The position numbers and the translations under genes are program-made. Shown in pieces: positions 24,350-26,587 of a stretch of 26,587 nucleotides of DNA. Origin of the DNA: a virus (lineage: Duplodnaviria > Caudoviricetes); IMG/VR virus record IMGVR_UViG_3300017912_002981, positions 1 through 26,587 of that record. One strand, given 5' to 3'. Position 1 is the first letter of the stretch, and the number at the start of each line of letters is the position of its first letter. The notes under the pieces were generated by a model. That model saw only the letters and a list, made by a program, of their open reading frames with translations, searched no databases and was not told the origin of the DNA.

Positions 24350-25252
24350 ATGGAAAAAGTATTAACAAGAAAAATGTTTAGAGATAGATATTTTAAAATG
24401 CATAAGCCTAAAGCATTTAATAAAGGTGGTATTGCTAATATTCAACATTTTCAAGAAGGTGGTATGTCCTCTAGAGAAAAAGCTATCATTGCAGCAACCT
24501 TTGCTGCTCCTTTGTTAAAATCAACACAAAGACAAGGAGAGGGTCTTTTAACTGGTGTGCTTAGATCTGTTGGAGAAGGTGCAGAAAAATTACCTTCAAC
24601 TTTAATTGCGATACAAGAAGAGAAAGAGAAAAATAAAAAAAGCACAGAAAGTATTAGAGCTGCAACTGATGCGGAAAAAGCATCTCTTGGATATAATGTA
24701 AAAGATAGATTAATTGTAAAAGTAAAAGATGGAGAGGTTGTTGATATTAAAGATAAACCTACTTTTGGTGAAAGAGAAAAAGCTGGAAAAAGATATACTA
24801 CGTTAAGTGCAGCTGATGATATTTTAAGAGATATACAAGAAGGTGCAGAATCTGGTCCTATAGCTGGTCGTATTGCAAAAGCAACAGCAGCACTTGGATT
24901 AAATCCTAAAGCTGCAAACTTCAACACAAAACTAGAAACATTTAGAAAAGAAGCTATTGCTGCACTAAGGGGTGCACAAGTAGGTCCATTAGAAGAAGCT
25001 AGTTTCAACGCTATCTTGCCATCAATAAACGATCCTGAAAATGTAATTGTTGAAAAAATTAAAGTTGCAAAAAATAAAATTCAACAATTAGATGACAGAC
25101 TAGGTGCTGGCGGTGTTGTAGTAGATCCCAATACTGTAGATTATTATAGTTCAGCATTCACTAAATTTGGTATCAACGCACAAGATATAACATATGATCA
25201 AAGCTTAGACTTTTATTCTTTTGATGAGTCAGGCAACTTAGTAAAGGATTAA
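24350..25252 (+). CDS. Internal virion / DNA ejection protein
   Basis: 300 aa, helical; VLTRKMF N-terminus followed by two xxxGG motifs. Confidence 0.6.
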   Translation: MEKVLTRKMFRDRYFKMHKPKAFNKGGIANIQHFQEGGMSSREKAIIAATFAAPLLKSTQRQGEGLLTGVLRSVGEGAEKLPSTLIAIQEEKEKNKKSTESIRAATDAEKASLGYNVKDRLIVKVKDGEVVDIKDKPTFGEREKAGKRYTTLSAADDILRDIQEGAESGPIAGRIAKATAALGLNPKAANFNTKLETFRKEAIAALRGAQVGPLEEASFNAILPSINDPENVIVEKIKVAKNKIQQLDDRLGAGGVVVDPNTVDYYSSAFTKFGINAQDITYDQSLDFYSFDESGNLVKD

Positions 25253-25253
25253 C

Positions 25254-26587
25254 ATGGGACAAATAAATGTAAAAGGTCTTGGTGTTGTAAACATAGAGGG
25301 CGAAACTCCTACTGCTGAAGAAAGTAAAAAGATTGGAGAGGCTTTATCTGAAATCAATAGTAATCTAGTAGGTGATGCTGTTGCTGACGAAGCTACACAA
25401 AAATATACAAACGATCCATCGTTTGGAAGAATTCTTACAGAAGCTGGTTTATCTATTGTTGGTGCATTAGGAACTGGTGCTAAATTTTTACCAGGTATAG
25501 CTGGAAGGGTTGGTATGTTATCACAACCTTTTATAAAAGCATTACTTAAAACTTCAGCTGGAGCTGCAGCTGGTGGTGGTGCTGGTGCTATTGTTGCACA
25601 AACATTTGATCCAAAAGAAAATGTAGTTAAAGAAGTTGTAAGAGCTGCAACTGAAGGAGCAGCAGCAGAACTTATTGGTGGACCAATAGTAATTAAAGGT
25701 GGTCAGTATGTTTCAAAAATTTTAGGTAAACCTGAAGGATATGCAAAATTATTAGAGGGTGCTAACGAAGCTGAAAGCACATTAAGAATGAAAGCCAATG
25801 AAATTTTATATGGTAAAGCTGGAGCTAACTTTATTGCTAAGACTGCTGATGGTGCAATTAGACCTATAAAAGAACAAGTAGAACTACAAGCAAAGAGAAC
25901 TGTTGATGATACAGCTATAAAAGATTTTATGAAAAAAAATAATATTCCTGAATCCAAATTTCAATCGTTAAAAGACACTGCACAAGAAATGCAAAAGGGT
26001 CTAACCCCAGGTGTAAAAACAGAAAATAGAACACTAAATATTATAGAGAACGTTGTATCAAAAGCTTTATTTGGTGGGGGTGCATTAGAAAGAAGAAGAG
26101 GATCTGCACAAGCAATAGGTTCTTTTGTTTCAAGAGATATTGTAGATAGTTTTCAAGCTATAACTGCTAATGGAGTAAAAATTACTGACAAAGAAGCTTT
26201 AGGTAATTTCTTTTTCAAAACAATTACTGATGCAGACAGAATGTTTAAAACTGCATCTGATGCAATGTATAAAAGAGTAGATGATGCATTAATTAATGCG
26301 TCTGGAAAAAATACGAAAATGATGCCAGTATTACCAATTGCTGGTAAAGGAGGTTTACAAGAAACATTAATTAAATTAAGACAACAGGCAGCTTTAGGTA
26401 TTGAAGAAGCTAATCCTTTGACCCCTACACTTAGAGTTATAAATAGAAAATTTGAACAAGCTGCAACTGAATATGGTGGCAAATTAAGTTATGCACAAGC
26501 TAGTGCAATTAGATCTGATCTTGCTGGTCAATTACAAGCGTTAAGAGCTTCTGGCCAAAGTAAAGCTGCAGGCCAATTAAGTGAATT
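25254..26587 (+). CDS. Large internal virion / ejection protein (partial, runs off the window)
   Basis: ATG at 25254: MGQINVKGLGVVNIEGETPTAEESKK...; Gly/Ala hydrophobic stretch (AGAAAGGGAGAIVA); AAGGA RBS; no in-frame stop seen. Confidence 0.75.
   Translation, partial: MGQINVKGLGVVNIEGETPTAEESKKIGEALSEINSNLVGDAVADEATQKYTNDPSFGRILTEAGLSIVGALGTGAKFLPGIAGRVGMLSQPFIKALLKTSAGAAAGGGAGAIVAQTFDPKENVVKEVVRAATEGAAAELIGGPIVIKGGQYVSKILGKPEGYAKLLEGANEAESTLRMKANEILYGKAGANFIAKTADGAIRPIKEQVELQAKRTVDDTAIKDFMKKNNIPESKFQSLKDTAQEMQKGLTPGVKTENRTLNIIENVVSKALFGGGALERRRGSAQAIGSFVSRDIVDSFQAITANGVKITDKEALGNFFFKTITDADRMFKTASDAMYKRVDDALINASGKNTKMMPVLPIAGKGGLQETLIKLRQQAALGIEEANPLTPTLRVINRKFEQAATEYGGKLSYAQASAIRSDLAGQLQALRASGQSKAAGQLSE

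Noticed and set aside
25680-26480. Additional xxxGG-like hits in the last ORF (LIGG, IKGG, GKGG, EYGG)
   Set aside because: The protein is Gly-rich, so these may be chance matches; they were not counted as motif instances.
1097-26482. Minus-strand ORFs in the track (e.g. 1097-1603, 16221-16535, 24451-25008, 25703-25957, 26153-26482)
   Set aside because: All lie antisense to well-supported + strand genes and have no recognisable motifs; they are shadow ORFs.
1-26587. CRISPR array, tRNA, rRNA, IS element, or alternative genetic code
   Set aside because: No spaced direct repeats, cloverleaf or transposase were seen. Genes tile densely under the standard code and use TAA, TGA and TAG as stops.

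Overview
This window is an AT-rich fragment of a tailed dsDNA phage genome. All credible genes are on the + strand and form a late/virion module with podovirus-like organisation. In order, it contains a major capsid protein and accessory head proteins, membrane/lysis candidates with an M15A endolysin, a cluster of very basic small proteins, head-tail adaptors, tail fibres, a P22 gp10-like nozzle and several DNA-ejection (internal virion) proteins. Several more AT-rich islands sit between core genes. With neighbouring genes they encode about six 2OG-Fe(II) oxygenase-like proteins, a NodU/CmcH carbamoyltransferase, two glycosyltransferases and a metallo-hydrolase-like protein. Gene content and low GC suggest a marine SAR11-type phage, but the host is not provable from this window. 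The most interesting unexplained structure is a set of short linear motifs shared by otherwise unrelated putative capsid-internal proteins. These are a recurring x-x-x-G-G linker (e.g. YNEGG, FNKGG, FQEGG, LKRGG), a terminal L-[DE]-YY-x-DI-[LM] tag, an SRGxGxA motif, and a basic peptide whose N-terminus mimics the capsid protein N-terminus. Together they may form an undescribed capsid-targeting and proteolytic processing code. Other observations are sigma70-type promoters hidden in gene ends (some apparently leaderless), a promoter whose -35 sits in a terminator loop, a candidate structured 5' UTR RNA, and five small ORFs missed by the ORF track. Family assignments come from motif recognition by eye, not from database searches.
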